Positions 27,644-38,800 of a stretch of DNA of 64,000 bases are shown here, piece after piece; position 1 is the stretch's first letter; every line of letters starts with the position of its first letter. The translations under genes and the position numbers were made by a program. Source of the stretch: an uncultured bacterium (lineage in GTDB: Bacteria; Krumholzibacteriota; Krumholzibacteriia; JACNKJ01); contig CAVOFT010000001.1 of the NCBI GenBank assembly GCA_963695095.1, forward strand, positions 2,400,001 to 2,464,000. The letters are read 5' to 3'. The notes under the pieces are model-generated. The model worked only from the letters and a program-made list of their open reading frames with translations. It did not search any database and was not told where the DNA came from.

Positions 27644-30382
27644 CTAGAGGCTGCGGGCGATCTCCTCGGTCACGTAGGCCTCGAGGGTGTCGCCCTCCTT
27701 GATGTCCTGGAAGTCGACGAGGCTGAGTCCGCACTCGAAGCCGGCCTCCACCTTGCCGACATCGTCCTTGAAGCGCTTGAGGCTGGCCAGGCGCCGCGTG
27801 CTGAGAATGACGCCGTCGCGCAGCACGCGGATCGTCGAATTGCGCTCGATGACGCCGTCCTGCACGTAGCAGCCGGCCACCGCGCCGAACTTCGGTACCC
27901 GGAACACCTGGCGCACCTCGGCGGTGCCGGTGACGGTCTCCTTGATCTCGGGTCGCAGCAGGCCGCCCATGGCCTGCTTGATCTCCTCCACGGCCTCGTA
28001 GATGATGTCGTAGGTGCGGATCTCCACGTGCTCGCGCTTGGCCAGCTCCCGCACGGACACCTGCGGCCGCACGTTGAAGCCGATGATGATGGCGCTCGAA
28101 GCGGCGGCGAGCAGGACGTCGCTTTCCGTCACCGTGCCCACCGACTTGTGGATGATGGTCACCTTCACTTCGCCCGTGGACAGCTTCTGGAAGTTGTCGC
28201 TCATCGCCTCGACGGAGCCCGACACGTCGCCCTTGAGCACGAGGTTCAGCTCCTGGACCTCGCCCTTGCTGATCTGCCCGTAGAGCTCGTCCAGGGTCAG
28301 GCGGCGCTGGTAGCGGATCTCCTGCTCGCGGCGCAGCTGCTGCCGCTTCACGGAGATCTCGCGGGCCTTCACTTCGGACTCGGCCTCGTTGAAGATGTCG
28401 CCGGCCTCGGGCACGTCGCTGGCGCCGAGGATCTCCACCGGCATCGCCGGCCCGGCCTCCTCGATGCGCTCGCCCCACTCGTTGATCATCGCGCGCACGG
28501 TGCCGTAGTGCATGCCGACGGCGAAGGGGGCGCCGACGCGCAGCGTGCCCTGCTGCACGAGCACCGTGAAGACGACGCCGCGGCCGGGGTCCTTGCGCGC
28601 CTCGACGACCGTGCCCTTGACGGGCAGGCGGGGCGCACCCTTGAGTTCGAGGAGATCCGCCTGCAGCAGCACGATCTCCAGCAGCTTGTCCACGCCCTGG
28701 CCGAACTTGGCCGAGATGGGCACGGTCACCGTCTCGCCGCCGAAGTCCTCCACGGTCACGCTGTGCTTGAGCAGCTCCTGCTTGACGCGGTCCGGATTGG
28801 CCGCCGGCAGGTCCATCTTGTTGATGGCGACGATGATGGGCACCTTGCCCGCCTTGGCGTGGTCGATGGCCTCCACCGTCTGCGGCATCACGCCGTCATC
28901 GGCGGCGACGACCAGGATGACGAGGTCGGTGACCAGGGTGCCGCGCGCGCGCATGGCCGTGAAGGCGGCGTGGCCCGGCGTGTCGAGGAAGGTGATGCGG
29001 CCGCCCGGCAGCTGCACCGAGTAGGCGCCGATGTGCTGCGTGATGGCGCCCGCTTCGCCCTCGGCCACCTTGGCCTGGCGGATGTAGTCGAGCAGCTTCG
29101 TCTTGCCGTGATCGACGTGGCCCATCACGGTCACGACCGGCGCCCGCGGCTCCAGATCCTCGGGCGCGATCTCCACGGGGACTTCGTCGCCGATCTCGCT
29201 GAACTCGCTGATGAACTCCACTTCGACTTCATACTGGTTGGCGATCAGCTCGATGTCCTCGCGCTCGAGGCGCTGGTTGATCGTCACCATCAGCCCGTTG
29301 CGCAGACAGGTGGCGATCACCTCGTTCTGGGGCACCTGCATGGCGTTGGCCAGCTCGGAGAGGGTGGACAAGGGCAGAATGCGCAGGCGGTCTGCTTGCA
29401 CGGTGGTGCGCTCCTCGCCGGTGAGCACAGGCGCGCCGCCGGTGCCGCGCCGGCGCTGCTTGCGCCCGCCGCGGCCATCCATGGTGGCCATCGCCTGGCG
29501 GACGCTCTTGCGGATCTCCTGCTCGTCGCGGTCGCCCTTCTTCTTCACGCGCTTCTTGCCGCGACCGGCGGCTGCATCGGGAGCCGGCGGCGGCGGGCCG
29601 CCCATGCCGCGGCCGGGACCCGGGCCGGGGCGCATGGCCCCGCCGCGCGGGGCGCCAGGACGGCGCAGGCCCGGCGAGGTGAACTCGCCCGAGGGCCGCA
29701 TGCCGCGATTCTTGAGCAGCTCGTCGCGGTCGGGGGCGCCCGGCTCCATGCCCGGGGCGTAGCGGATGACGCGCGGCTTGTCCTCCGGCGCGGGCTCAGG
29801 CTCCGGCGGCGGCAGGGCAGCCTTCGCCTCGGCGGCCCGGGCCGCGGCGGCCTCCTGTTCGGCGCGCTTGACGACCTGAACGCCCTTGCGATCGCCGCTG
29901 GGCCGCGGGGCCGGCGACGAGGGCGACTCGACGATCGGGTCGCTGGGCAGCGGCACCTGCGGGGGCGCGGGCGGCGCTGCCGCCTTCGCCGGCGCGGCGG
30001 GCGCCTCGACCGGGGTGGCGGCGGGCGCCTGCTTGACGGCCTTCTTCGTCGCCTTCTTCGTCGCCTTCTTGACGGTCTTCTTCGCTGCCGGTGCGGCGGG
30101 GGACTCCGCCGTGTCGGCGCCAGGCGCTGTCTTGACCGCTTTCTTGGTGGCCTTCTTGACGGCCTTCTTGACGACCTTCTTGGCCGCCGGCGAACCGGCC
30201 GGCGCCGCGCCCTCGGCGGCTGCCGCGGGCGCAGCGAAGCGGCGGTCGATGGCCTCCTGCATCTCGGGGCTGACCGGCGACATGTGGCTCTTGACGTCGA
30301 AACCCTGATCGCGCAGGTAGTGCACGACGTCGACGCCCTTGACCCCCAGCGCCTGCGCGACCTGATAGACTCGCTTCGCCAA
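27644..30382 (-). CDS. infB: Translation initiation factor IF-2
   Basis: RVYQVAQALG N-domain, RAPVVTVMGHVDHGKT, DTPGHAAF, NKMD, LKRFKDDV...GFECG; TTG start with SD GGAGGT. Confidence 0.98.
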   Translation of the reverse strand: MAKRVYQVAQALGVKGVDVVHYLRDQGFDVKSHMSPVSPEMQEAIDRRFAAPAAAAEGAAPAGSPAAKKVVKKAVKKATKKAVKTAPGADTAESPAAPAAKKTVKKATKKATKKAVKQAPAATPVEAPAAPAKAAAPPAPPQVPLPSDPIVESPSSPAPRPSGDRKGVQVVKRAEQEAAAARAAEAKAALPPPEPEPAPEDKPRVIRYAPGMEPGAPDRDELLKNRGMRPSGEFTSPGLRRPGAPRGGAMRPGPGPGRGMGGPPPPAPDAAAGRGKKRVKKKGDRDEQEIRKSVRQAMATMDGRGGRKQRRRGTGGAPVLTGEERTTVQADRLRILPLSTLSELANAMQVPQNEVIATCLRNGLMVTINQRLEREDIELIANQYEVEVEFISEFSEIGDEVPVEIAPEDLEPRAPVVTVMGHVDHGKTKLLDYIRQAKVAEGEAGAITQHIGAYSVQLPGGRITFLDTPGHAAFTAMRARGTLVTDLVILVVAADDGVMPQTVEAIDHAKAGKVPIIVAINKMDLPAANPDRVKQELLKHSVTVEDFGGETVTVPISAKFGQGVDKLLEIVLLQADLLELKGAPRLPVKGTVVEARKDPGRGVVFTVLVQQGTLRVGAPFAVGMHYGTVRAMINEWGERIEEAGPAMPVEILGASDVPEAGDIFNEAESEVKAREISVKRQQLRREQEIRYQRRLTLDELYGQISKGEVQELNLVLKGDVSGSVEAMSDNFQKLSTGEVKVTIIHKSVGTVTESDVLLAAASSAIIIGFNVRPQVSVRELAKREHVEIRTYDIIYEAVEEIKQAMGGLLRPEIKETVTGTAEVRQVFRVPKFGAVAGCYVQDGVIERNSTIRVLRDGVILSTRRLASLKRFKDDVGKVEAGFECGLSLVDFQDIKEGDTLEAYVTEEIARSL

Positions 30383-30384
30383 CT

Positions 30385-30726
30385 TTACCTCCGTTCAAGC
30401 CCTGACGGCCCCTGGTGCGCAGCAGCGCGCGCCAGGATGCCAGCGGCCAGCGCAGGGTCCGTCACCCCGAGGATGGCCAACTCGCTGCGACCGGCCCAGG
30501 CGCCGAGCGCGATGCGATCGCTCAGCTCCAAGAGCGGCCTGCCGTTCAGGGGCAGTCGCCGCAGCGAGGCGCCCGCATCCCTGGCCAGGAGCACGAGCGC
30601 GCAACGACCGGCGCTCAGGCTCTGCTTCACGGCGCGGTAGCCGATCGCGAGCTGCCCGGCCCGGCGGGCCTGGTGCAGGTAAGGCGCGAGCGCCTTGAGC
30701 AGGTCCGCATCGACATCGTCCGCCAT
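30385..30726 (-). CDS. L7Ae family RNA-binding protein (YlxQ-like)
   Basis: ARRAGQLAIGYRAVKQSL, LVLLARDA, LGAWAGR, ILGVTDPALA; lies between nusA and infB. Confidence 0.8.
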   Translation of the reverse strand: MADDVDADLLKALAPYLHQARRAGQLAIGYRAVKQSLSAGRCALVLLARDAGASLRRLPLNGRPLLELSDRIALGAWAGRSELAILGVTDPALAAGILARAAAHQGPSGLERR

Positions 30727-30727
30727 C

Positions 30728-32248
30728 TCAGCCCGCGCTCTCCGGCTCCTCGTCCAGGGGCGCCGGCACGGCCTCGGTCTCCTCGCTGACCGGAGCTGGC
30801 GCCCAGGGGTCCACCGCCGGCCCAGAGGCCACTCGGGCAGCCCCCGCGGCGGGTGCCTCGGCCTCAGCTTCGCCCTCAGCCTCGGCTTCCGCCTCGGCAT
30901 CGGCCAGCTTCTCCTCGTTGAAGAGCGGCGTGGCTTGCCGCCGCTCGGCTTCCAGGTCCCGGCGCCGTTTCTCGATGTAGTCCGCGCGCGCCTCGGCGAG
31001 GGCGGCCAGGGCCACCTGCACGCGGCCCTGCAGCTTCTCGGCGGTCTTGGCGCCGATGCCCTCGATCTTCTCCAGATCGGCCTGACTCGCGGCTCCCAGC
31101 TCCTGCACCGTCGCGTAGCCGGCGCCGGCGAGGGCCTCGGCCAGGCGGGGCGTGACGCCTTCGAGCTCGGCCACCTCCATGCGCACCTGCTCGCTGGCCT
31201 CCTCGCGCAGCTTGATGAGTTCGCTGGTGACGAGGTCGATCTTCCAGCCCGTCAGCTTGGCGGCGAGGCGGACGTTCTGGCCCTCCTTGCCGATTGCCAG
31301 CGAGAGCTGATCCTCGGCCACGATCACCTCGAGCGCGCGCTCGTCCCAGTCGGCGACGCGCAGCATGGAGACCATGGCCGGCGCCAGCGCCCGGGATACG
31401 AAAGTGTGGATGTCGTTGTCCCAGGGCACGATGTCGATGCGCTCGCCGCTCAAGGCCTTGACGATGGTCATCACGCGGGCGCCCTTCATGCCGACGCAGG
31501 CACCGACGGCGTCGATGCGGTCGTCCTTGGAGTAGACGGCCACCTTCGAGCGCCAGCCCGGCTCGCGGGCGATGGCCCGGATCTCGACCAGGCCCTCGTA
31601 GACCTCCGGGATCTCCTGCTCGAAGAGGCGCAGCAGCATGTCCGGGTGCGTCCGGCTGAGGATGACCTGCGGCCCGCGCGACTCGCGCTGGACTTCGAGC
31701 ACCAGGCCCTGCACGGTGTCGCCCTGATGCCACTTCTCGCGGCGGATCTGCTCGCGGTAGGGCAGCAGCGCCTCGGCGCGGCCGAGGTTGACCAGCACGT
31801 TGCCCCGGTCCACCTGCTGCACGGTGCCGCTGACGATCTCGCCCACGCGCTTGCTGTATTCGTTGAAGATGCGCTCGCGCTCGGCCTCGCGCACGCCCTG
31901 GACGAGCACCTGCTTGGCGGTGAGGATGGCGTTGCGGCCGAATTCCTTGACGTCCAGGGGGATGCGGATGATGTCCCCCACCTCGGGATCGTCGATGTAC
32001 TCGCGCGCTTCCTCGACCGTGAGCTCCTGCTCCTCGTTCTCGAGCGCCTCCTCGGTGACGACCTGCATCACCAGGTGGATGTCGATGGCGCCTTGCGGAT
32101 CGATGTTCACGTCCACATTGGCCTCGGAGCCGTGCTTGCGGCGCACGGCGGAGCGCAGGCCCATGGCCAGGGTTTCCACGAGCACCTCGCGATCGACCTT
32201 GCGTTCGCGAGCAATTTGCTGCAGGGCTTCGAAGAAGCCTTCAGTCAT
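30728..32248 (-). CDS. nusA: Transcription termination/antitermination factor NusA
   Basis: FGRNAILTAKQ, S1 domain, LSRTHP, AREPGWRSKVAV, GACVGMKGARV, LAIGKEGQNVRLA, C-terminal HhH-like region. Confidence 0.97.
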   Translation of the reverse strand: MTEGFFEALQQIARERKVDREVLVETLAMGLRSAVRRKHGSEANVDVNIDPQGAIDIHLVMQVVTEEALENEEQELTVEEAREYIDDPEVGDIIRIPLDVKEFGRNAILTAKQVLVQGVREAERERIFNEYSKRVGEIVSGTVQQVDRGNVLVNLGRAEALLPYREQIRREKWHQGDTVQGLVLEVQRESRGPQVILSRTHPDMLLRLFEQEIPEVYEGLVEIRAIAREPGWRSKVAVYSKDDRIDAVGACVGMKGARVMTIVKALSGERIDIVPWDNDIHTFVSRALAPAMVSMLRVADWDERALEVIVAEDQLSLAIGKEGQNVRLAAKLTGWKIDLVTSELIKLREEASEQVRMEVAELEGVTPRLAEALAGAGYATVQELGAASQADLEKIEGIGAKTAEKLQGRVQVALAALAEARADYIEKRRRDLEAERRQATPLFNEEKLADAEAEAEAEGEAEAEAPAAGAARVASGPAVDPWAPAPVSEETEAVPAPLDEEPESAG

Positions 32249-32747
32249 CGTTGTTTTCCTCCCTCAGCGTCGTCGCCCGCTCCCGCCCCAGCGCCAGCGA
32301 CGGCAGCACCCGCGCCTTGCCGATCGCCGCCCAGGGCAGGACCAGCGCGCCGGGGGCCGTCTCGAGGCGGATGCCCTCGGCGTCCACCGCGCCCAGCAGC
32401 CCCTCGAGCACGGGGTTCTCGCCCGGGGCGAGGCCGCCCTCGACCCGCGTCAGCCGGATCCGCTCGCCCAGGGCCAGTTCGTAGTGGCGAGGCGTGGACA
32501 GTGGCCGATCGAGACCGGGCGAGGACACCTCGAGGACATAGCTGCCGGCCACGGCATCGGCCGCCTCGAGGGCGGCGCCGAGGCGGCGGCTGACCCGAGC
32601 GCAGTCGTCCAGACCTACGCCGCCGGCGGCGTAGAGGACGATCTGGAGCACGCGGCGGCGGCTGCCCGGCCGCAGTTGCCAACTATAGAGCTCGAAGCCG
32701 GCCTGGCGGATCTCCTCCGCCAGGAGCCTCTCCAGGTCCTCGCTCAT
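32241..32747 (-). CDS. rimP: Ribosome maturation factor RimP
   Basis: GVGLDDCARVSR, YVLEVSSPGLDRPL. Confidence 0.95.
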   Translation of the reverse strand: MSEDLERLLAEEIRQAGFELYSWQLRPGSRRRVLQIVLYAAGGVGLDDCARVSRRLGAALEAADAVAGSYVLEVSSPGLDRPLSTPRHYELALGERIRLTRVEGGLAPGENPVLEGLLGAVDAEGIRLETAPGALVLPWAAIGKARVLPSLALGRERATTLREENNDD

Positions 32748-32774
32748 GACCGCAGCCTTCCCAGGGGAGCGCGC

Positions 32775-32804
32775 AAAGAAAAAAGTGGGCTGTGCCACCC
32801 ACTT
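32775..32804 (-). promoter_or_regulatory. rimP-leader terminator/attenuator hairpin
   Basis: AAGTGGG-TGGCACAG-CCCACTT followed by TTTTCTTT, between the promoter and rimP; matches the widespread GTGGG...CCCAC rimP-leader motif. Confidence 0.75.
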
Positions 32805-32812
32805 GCCCGCAT

Positions 32813-32841
32813 ACCATAGTACGGATCGGATGCTGCCGCAA
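32813..32841 (-). promoter_or_regulatory. Candidate sigma70 promoter for the rimP-nusA-infB operon
   Basis: TTGCGG-17 nt-TATGGT directly upstream of the rimP leader. Confidence 0.5.
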
Positions 32842-32870
32842 GGACTTAATTTCGTCCCCGCGGCCCCGCG

Positions 32871-35800
32871 CTAGAAGACGAAAGTCGTCCGCAAGTCCAG
32901 GCGCAGACGGCTGGTGACGTTGTCCCGGATGTCATCGCTGCTGCGGCTATAGGTGATGGCCAAGCTGCCGCGCAACTTCTCCGAGAACTGGTAGCTCGCC
33001 CCGGGGCTGAAGCTGATCGTGCGCGACCCGCCCAGGGGGGTCTCGAAGCCGCCGGAGTCGATGCGGACGTTGCGAATCCGCGTGTAGCCCAGCTTGGTGT
33101 TCAGGTCCATGCGGCTCGAGAAGCGGATGCGCCTGAGGCCCGGGATGCCGATGCCGTTCGGCGCCGAGAGGTTGTAGTTCCAGGTGGCGTCCAGCTTCAG
33201 GTTGCTGTTCTTGGTGCGACTGGTGTTCTCGATCGAGGCGGCGGTCGAGTAGCTGCCCGTCAGCGTGGTCTGCATCTTGTTCGACCAGGTCGAGCTCCAG
33301 CGCGGCGTCCAGTTGCTGCTCTCGTCGCGGTTCTCGCTGCCCTGGATCCGATTCTCGGTGATGCGCCGCTGCCTCGAGTAGCCGAAGCCCAGCGAGCTGG
33401 ACTCGAAGAGGTTTCCCCACAGCGGCCACTTCTCGACGCCACCGAGGTCGATGTTGAAGCTCGGCCACTTGCGATTGGTGTCCACCGTGTTGCTGCCGCC
33501 CATCCGGCGATTGGCCCGCGTGATCTCGAAACCGGTCGTCACCTGCAGATTCTGGGCGATGGTGACACCGGTGGCCAGGCGCAGGTCGCGCGACTCATCG
33601 AAGAGATCGGGGCTCTTGTGGGGCACGGCCTGGCCGCCGGCAGTGCCGGCCAGTTCGGGATCCTCGCTGAAGCCGAGCCGGTAGAGCAGGGTCGGCGCGC
33701 CGCGCACGTTGTCGTAGCGCGTGTTGACGCGCCGGCTGACATCCACCTTGAGCGGCTTGAGGCCGGCCAGCACCCCCAGGCTCTTGTAGACGATGAGCAT
33801 CGGATCGACGCCGGCGCTCACGCTATCGGCGGCGACGGTCGCCTCCGGTGCGCCCAGCTCGAGGCGATCCTCGATGAATCGGCGCGAACTGCGGCGGCGC
33901 ATGCGCGGATCGGGCCCGCGCAGCGGATCGACCGGCACCAGGAGCCGTTGCGCGCGGTGGCGCGGCGAGTCGGTCTCCTCGCCCAGCCCCCCGCCCGGGC
34001 CTGCCGACCGGTCGCCCGGCGCCGTGCCGCCCGGCCGCGTGGGCGTCCGCGCCGTGCCCTGCCGCTCGCGCAGGGCCTTGAGGCCATCCCCGCCGAGGGC
34101 CTCGAACCAGCGGCCGACCTGGAAGTTGTAGCCCGTCGACAGCGCGTTACCGTTGCTGAGATTGCGGCTGCCCGCCGGCAGGCTGACCGAGGCGAGATTG
34201 CTCGCCTGCGCCGACTGGTTGTAGTTGCTCGTGAAGGCGAGAGCCGGCCGAAAGCGGCGAATGAACGGCACCGTGTAGTCGATGCGCAGGCCCTGGCCCT
34301 GGCTGTTCTGGTAGCCGATGTTGAAGGCCCGGCCGAAGAGCTTGAGCGCATCGGCCTCCTCGTGCTCGAGATCCCGAGAGTCGGAGATGCTGAAGTCGGT
34401 CTTCAGCGACTCGAGGAATTGCCAATTGAGGCCGGCGCTGTTGACGAGCTGGCCCGAGCGCGAGGTCGGATTCGCCGCGAAGCGGGTGCCGCTGGCCTTC
34501 CAGCTCTCCGCGCGGCTGCGGGTGACATCGGACTTGAGCCTGAGGCTGCTGGGTACCCAGCGCAACCGGCTGCCGCCGAAGAGCGGCAACCGGCGATCCT
34601 TGAATTGCGTGTCGTAGCTCGCGCTGTAGGCGAGTTGCTCCTGCAGCTCCAGGCGCAGCGGGGTGTTGCTGCGGCGCTGGGTAACGGAGCCGGAGAGCTT
34701 GAGCTTGTCCAGCAGGGTCCGGCCGAACCAGTGCGTGGAGGGCGTGCGGCTGAGGCTGCCGGAGACGCTCTGGCGCACGCTGGTGCTCTTCTCCTCCTCC
34801 TGCCGCGCGGGATCCAGTTCGACGTCGCTGCTGAGCTGGTACTTGGGCAGGCTGAGTGTGCGCCCGTAGCTGGCGTTGATCGGCAGCTTGTAGCCGCCCA
34901 GCGGCACGAAGTGCTGCAGCGCGCTGCCCGCCGTCAGGGTCCAGTTGCGGGTATGGGCGCCCTGGCCGGCGGCGGAGCGCAGCGCCCGGAACTCCGCATC
35001 CTGCTCCTGATAATTCACACCGAGGTTGAGGATGCCGGCCACGTTGACCGATCCGCTCACCTTGGCGGCGTAGCCGGTAGCGCGCTTGACCTCCTTGACG
35101 CGCAGGTCGTTCACCCAGGTCTCGCCGTCGAGCGGGGCATTCGCCTCGCCGTTGGCGACGCCGAAGTAGAAGGCGCGGATGCGGCTGAGATCCGGATTGC
35201 GCACGCGCGTCAGCGTGTAGGAACGATCCGGCACGTTGAGATCGACTGCCGTCACGCTCACCGTGTCGGCATCGCTGATCAGCTTCAAGTCCGTCCAGTC
35301 CTGGAGCTGGAACTCCACCTCCGTCCAGCCGGTGGTCGCGGGCCGGTAGCGCCACTCGTAGTAGGTGATGCTGTCCTGCGCTGCGCGCAGGAACAGATCG
35401 TGACCGGCAGTGGCGGCGTCGGCGTGAATGTAGAAGCTGAGCGTGCGATAGCCGGTGAGGTTGAGCGAGCTGTAGTCCTTGCGAATGAGCGCCTGGTGGC
35501 CCGGCTGCAGGTTCTCGTAGACCACGTTGAGGGCCTGCTCCCGCTCGGGCAGGCCGGTGTCCGGGTCGATCTTCTCGCCGAAGGGCCAGGTGAAGTTGGC
35601 GTTGTCCTTGGTGTTGATCACCTCGACGCGCAGGTCCTCCCCCGCCGAGAGCATGGCCGGCGGCAGGGTCATCCCCGTGGCGACGGACTGGATGCCGTGC
35701 GACTTCCAGCGGTTGCCCACCAGCTTGATGCTCGCGATCTCAAGCCGATTGGAGGGCCGACTCGGATTCTGGCCGGGAGCATTGAGCCCCTCCCACCAGA

Positions 35801-38800
35801 AGCGGAAGTACTTGATGCGCGTCCAGTCGGGCTCGCCCAGGCCGTCGCTGGCGACGCGGGCGTCGGCGAGATTGAGGCGATACAGGCGCCAGGCCTTGCT
35901 GCCGGCGGGCGGGGCGCCGGTTTCCTCCCGGTAGACGTCCACCATGTCGATGAAGGCGGTATCCGCCAGCTCCACGGCGAGAGTGAAGTAGCTGTTCGTC
36001 TCATCGAGATCGCCGTCGCCGTTGAGGTCTTCCGTGTCCAAGCGCTTGTTGCCCTCGGTGCCGTTCACCTTGAAGTAGGAGCCGGCGTAGGCCTCGGTCA
36101 GCAGCGCGGGCTCGTAGTCGTCGCCGGCCGGGTCGTTCGGCGTGCGGTAAGGCGAGGGGTAGACCGGATCGACGCTTTCGGCGCTGCTGGGGCGGCCATC
36201 GAGGCCGATGTCCTCCTGATTGACATCGAAGATGCCGATGCCTTCCCGATCCTCGGTGTCGAACTCGCCCAGCTCGGGATTCCAGAAGTCCTCGTTGAGC
36301 AAGCCGAGGTCGAAGTGCAGCCGTCCCTTGCGATGGACGTCCTCCTGCTGGAAGTCGTTCACCCAGATCTCGAGGTACTCGGCCTCGCTGAGGTCGAGGC
36401 CCTGGCCACTGAAGCCGCGCATGAGGCCCGCCCACAGGCTATCGCCCTGGGCGCGATTGTAGGCGTCGGTCGCAGCGAGCTGACCGTAGGCGGCGAGCTG
36501 AGCGTCGCCCAGGCTGACTGGGACGGAGAGCTGGAGCACCTCCACCACCTCCTGCGCCTCCTGCTCGGCCAGGTGGAGGTTGAAGTCCTCGCGGCGCGTG
36601 GTGCTCTGGGGATGGTACCAGTAGGTCCCGCGCGCGCGGCCGCGGGGCCCGGCGGCGATGTCGGCGCCGCCGAGCACGCGGATCACGTCCAGGGGTTCGC
36701 TCGCCGGCAACCACTGGGTGCGGTGGATGCTGAGCTCGTCGGCATCCTCGGCGCCTTCCATGTCGTCGACGAAGGCTTGATCGTCGATGTTGGGGTTGGG
36801 AAAGCTCACCGCCAACTCGCTCGACAGGCTCGCCGTGCTGAGCGCATCGGTGTCGAGCAAGGGCAACCAGTTGGCCATCGTCGTCAGGAACTGCGGATTC
36901 GCCGTGAAGTTGCCGAGCAGGTTGCCCACCACATTGCGCGTGGACTCCTCGCCCAGCCGCGGCCGCCGGGTGCCGCTGTGCTTGGACTCGTAGAGCCAGG
37001 AGCTGGCCAGGCTGCTCTTGGCGCCGAGGTGGTAGGTGCCGTGCAGGCCGAGCAGGTTGCTCTGCCCGCCGCCGATGAGGGGACGATACTGGTAGCTGAC
37101 CTGCAGATTGCTGCTCGGCGTCAGACGGTTGGCCGCCTCGCCGAGCAGCTCCACTTCTCCCGAGAAGTAGTCGATGCTGTAGTCCGTACCCTTGGCAAGC
37201 GTGGTGCCGTCGAGCGTGACCACCTCGCTGCCCTCGAGGATGTTGAAGGCATTCAGGTTGAAGCGGCTGGCCACGGTGGCGCTCTCGTAGCGGATCAGGT
37301 ACTTCGCGTAGAGCGAGGGGTTCTTGAGCACGGTTTCCCGGGCCGTCGCGTAGATGACGGCATTGCGGTCGGCGCCGATCAAATCCTCGTAGTCGCCGGT
37401 AGCGGTGTTCAGCGTCCAGGCGTGCACCAGCGTGTCCGGCGGATTGAAGGGCCGGTAGTAGGGGAAGATGAGCAAGCCCTCGCCGATGTCCACGCGCGGC
37501 CAGTCGATGCGGCCGTCCGGGTCATAGCCCGTCAGGAGCCGGCCGCGATGCTGGTCGAGGCCGAAGAAGCGCAGATAGGGCGTGTTGCTGCCCGCCGGAT
37601 AGCCGGGATCTTCGGTCGTGCTGATGCGCTCCACGCTGACCACGAGGCTGGCGAAGTCGATGTCGCGCCCGCCCAGCGAGTAGACGTTGCGCAGCATGTA
37701 GTCCCAGGTCGGGCTGTCGGGGCGGTAGGGATCGGGCTTGATCAGCTCCAGGGCGAGCGTGTCCGCGTTGGAATCCCAGTAGGTCAGCTTGCCCAGGGTG
37801 TTGTCGCCGACGGCGTGCGGTACGCTGGGGTTGGCCGCTTCGCGGGCGGTGTAGCTGACGGCGAGCACCTCCGTCTCCGCGATCGGATAGTTGAGCTGCA
37901 GCACGTAGAAGTTCTGGTTGGCGTCCAGGCGCCAGGTGAAATCGGAGTCCTTGAGCAGCTTGAAGGCCTGGACGGTCGGCGCCTGGCTGAGCTTGTCGTC
38001 GGCCAGGCCATTGCCCAGGGTGTCCACATAGGCGCGGCCTTTGTAGTAGCGCCCCGCGTCGGGAGAGTTGGCGTTGGGGGCCGTGCCCGTGCTGACGAAG
38101 ACCTGCAAGGTGGCCTCGTCGACCAACCAGCCGTAGAAGGCGCCGTCGTTGCCGGGAGCGGTGTCGAGGAGAACGCGCGGATCATCGAGGAAGAAGAAGC
38201 GGTTGGCGATGAAATCGGTGTCGCGCTTGAAGTCGGCCTCGATGTCCTGGCCGGTGTTGTTGAAGCTGCGGCTGGACAGCTCGCCCTCCTGCTTGGAGGC
38301 GATGGCGGTGAAGTCCAGCGCGCCCAGGTGCCCCTGCATCTTGACCCCGAACAGGCCCTTGTTCTGGGTCGAGTAGCTGACGAGGCCGGAGCTGGGCAGG
38401 CTGAGCTGGGTGTCGCCCATCTCGATCAACTCGACGACCTCATCCTCGTCGCCCTCGTAGCGGATGCGGATGCGGTTGGCGTCCTCGCCGACGGCGAGGC
38501 TGTTGTTCTCCACCTCGACGTGCACCTTCTCGCCGACGGTGCCGTTCAGCTTGACCTGCAGTTCCTGCTTCATCTCGAGCCGGGGGAAGAGCGGCTGCCC
38601 CCGCCCGGATTCGTCCGTGATGAAGTTGCTGTTGCGCGTCGTCTCGCCGCTGAAGGAGATGGTCTCCCGCCCGGTGACGGTGATGTTGCTCTTGTCGCCG
38701 CGGCCGACGACGCGCTCGACGCTCTTGGGCAGGGCCAGCGGAATGTTGATGTCGATCAGCGAACCGCGCGCCTCCTCCTGGGTCAGCTCGCGGGCCGTCG

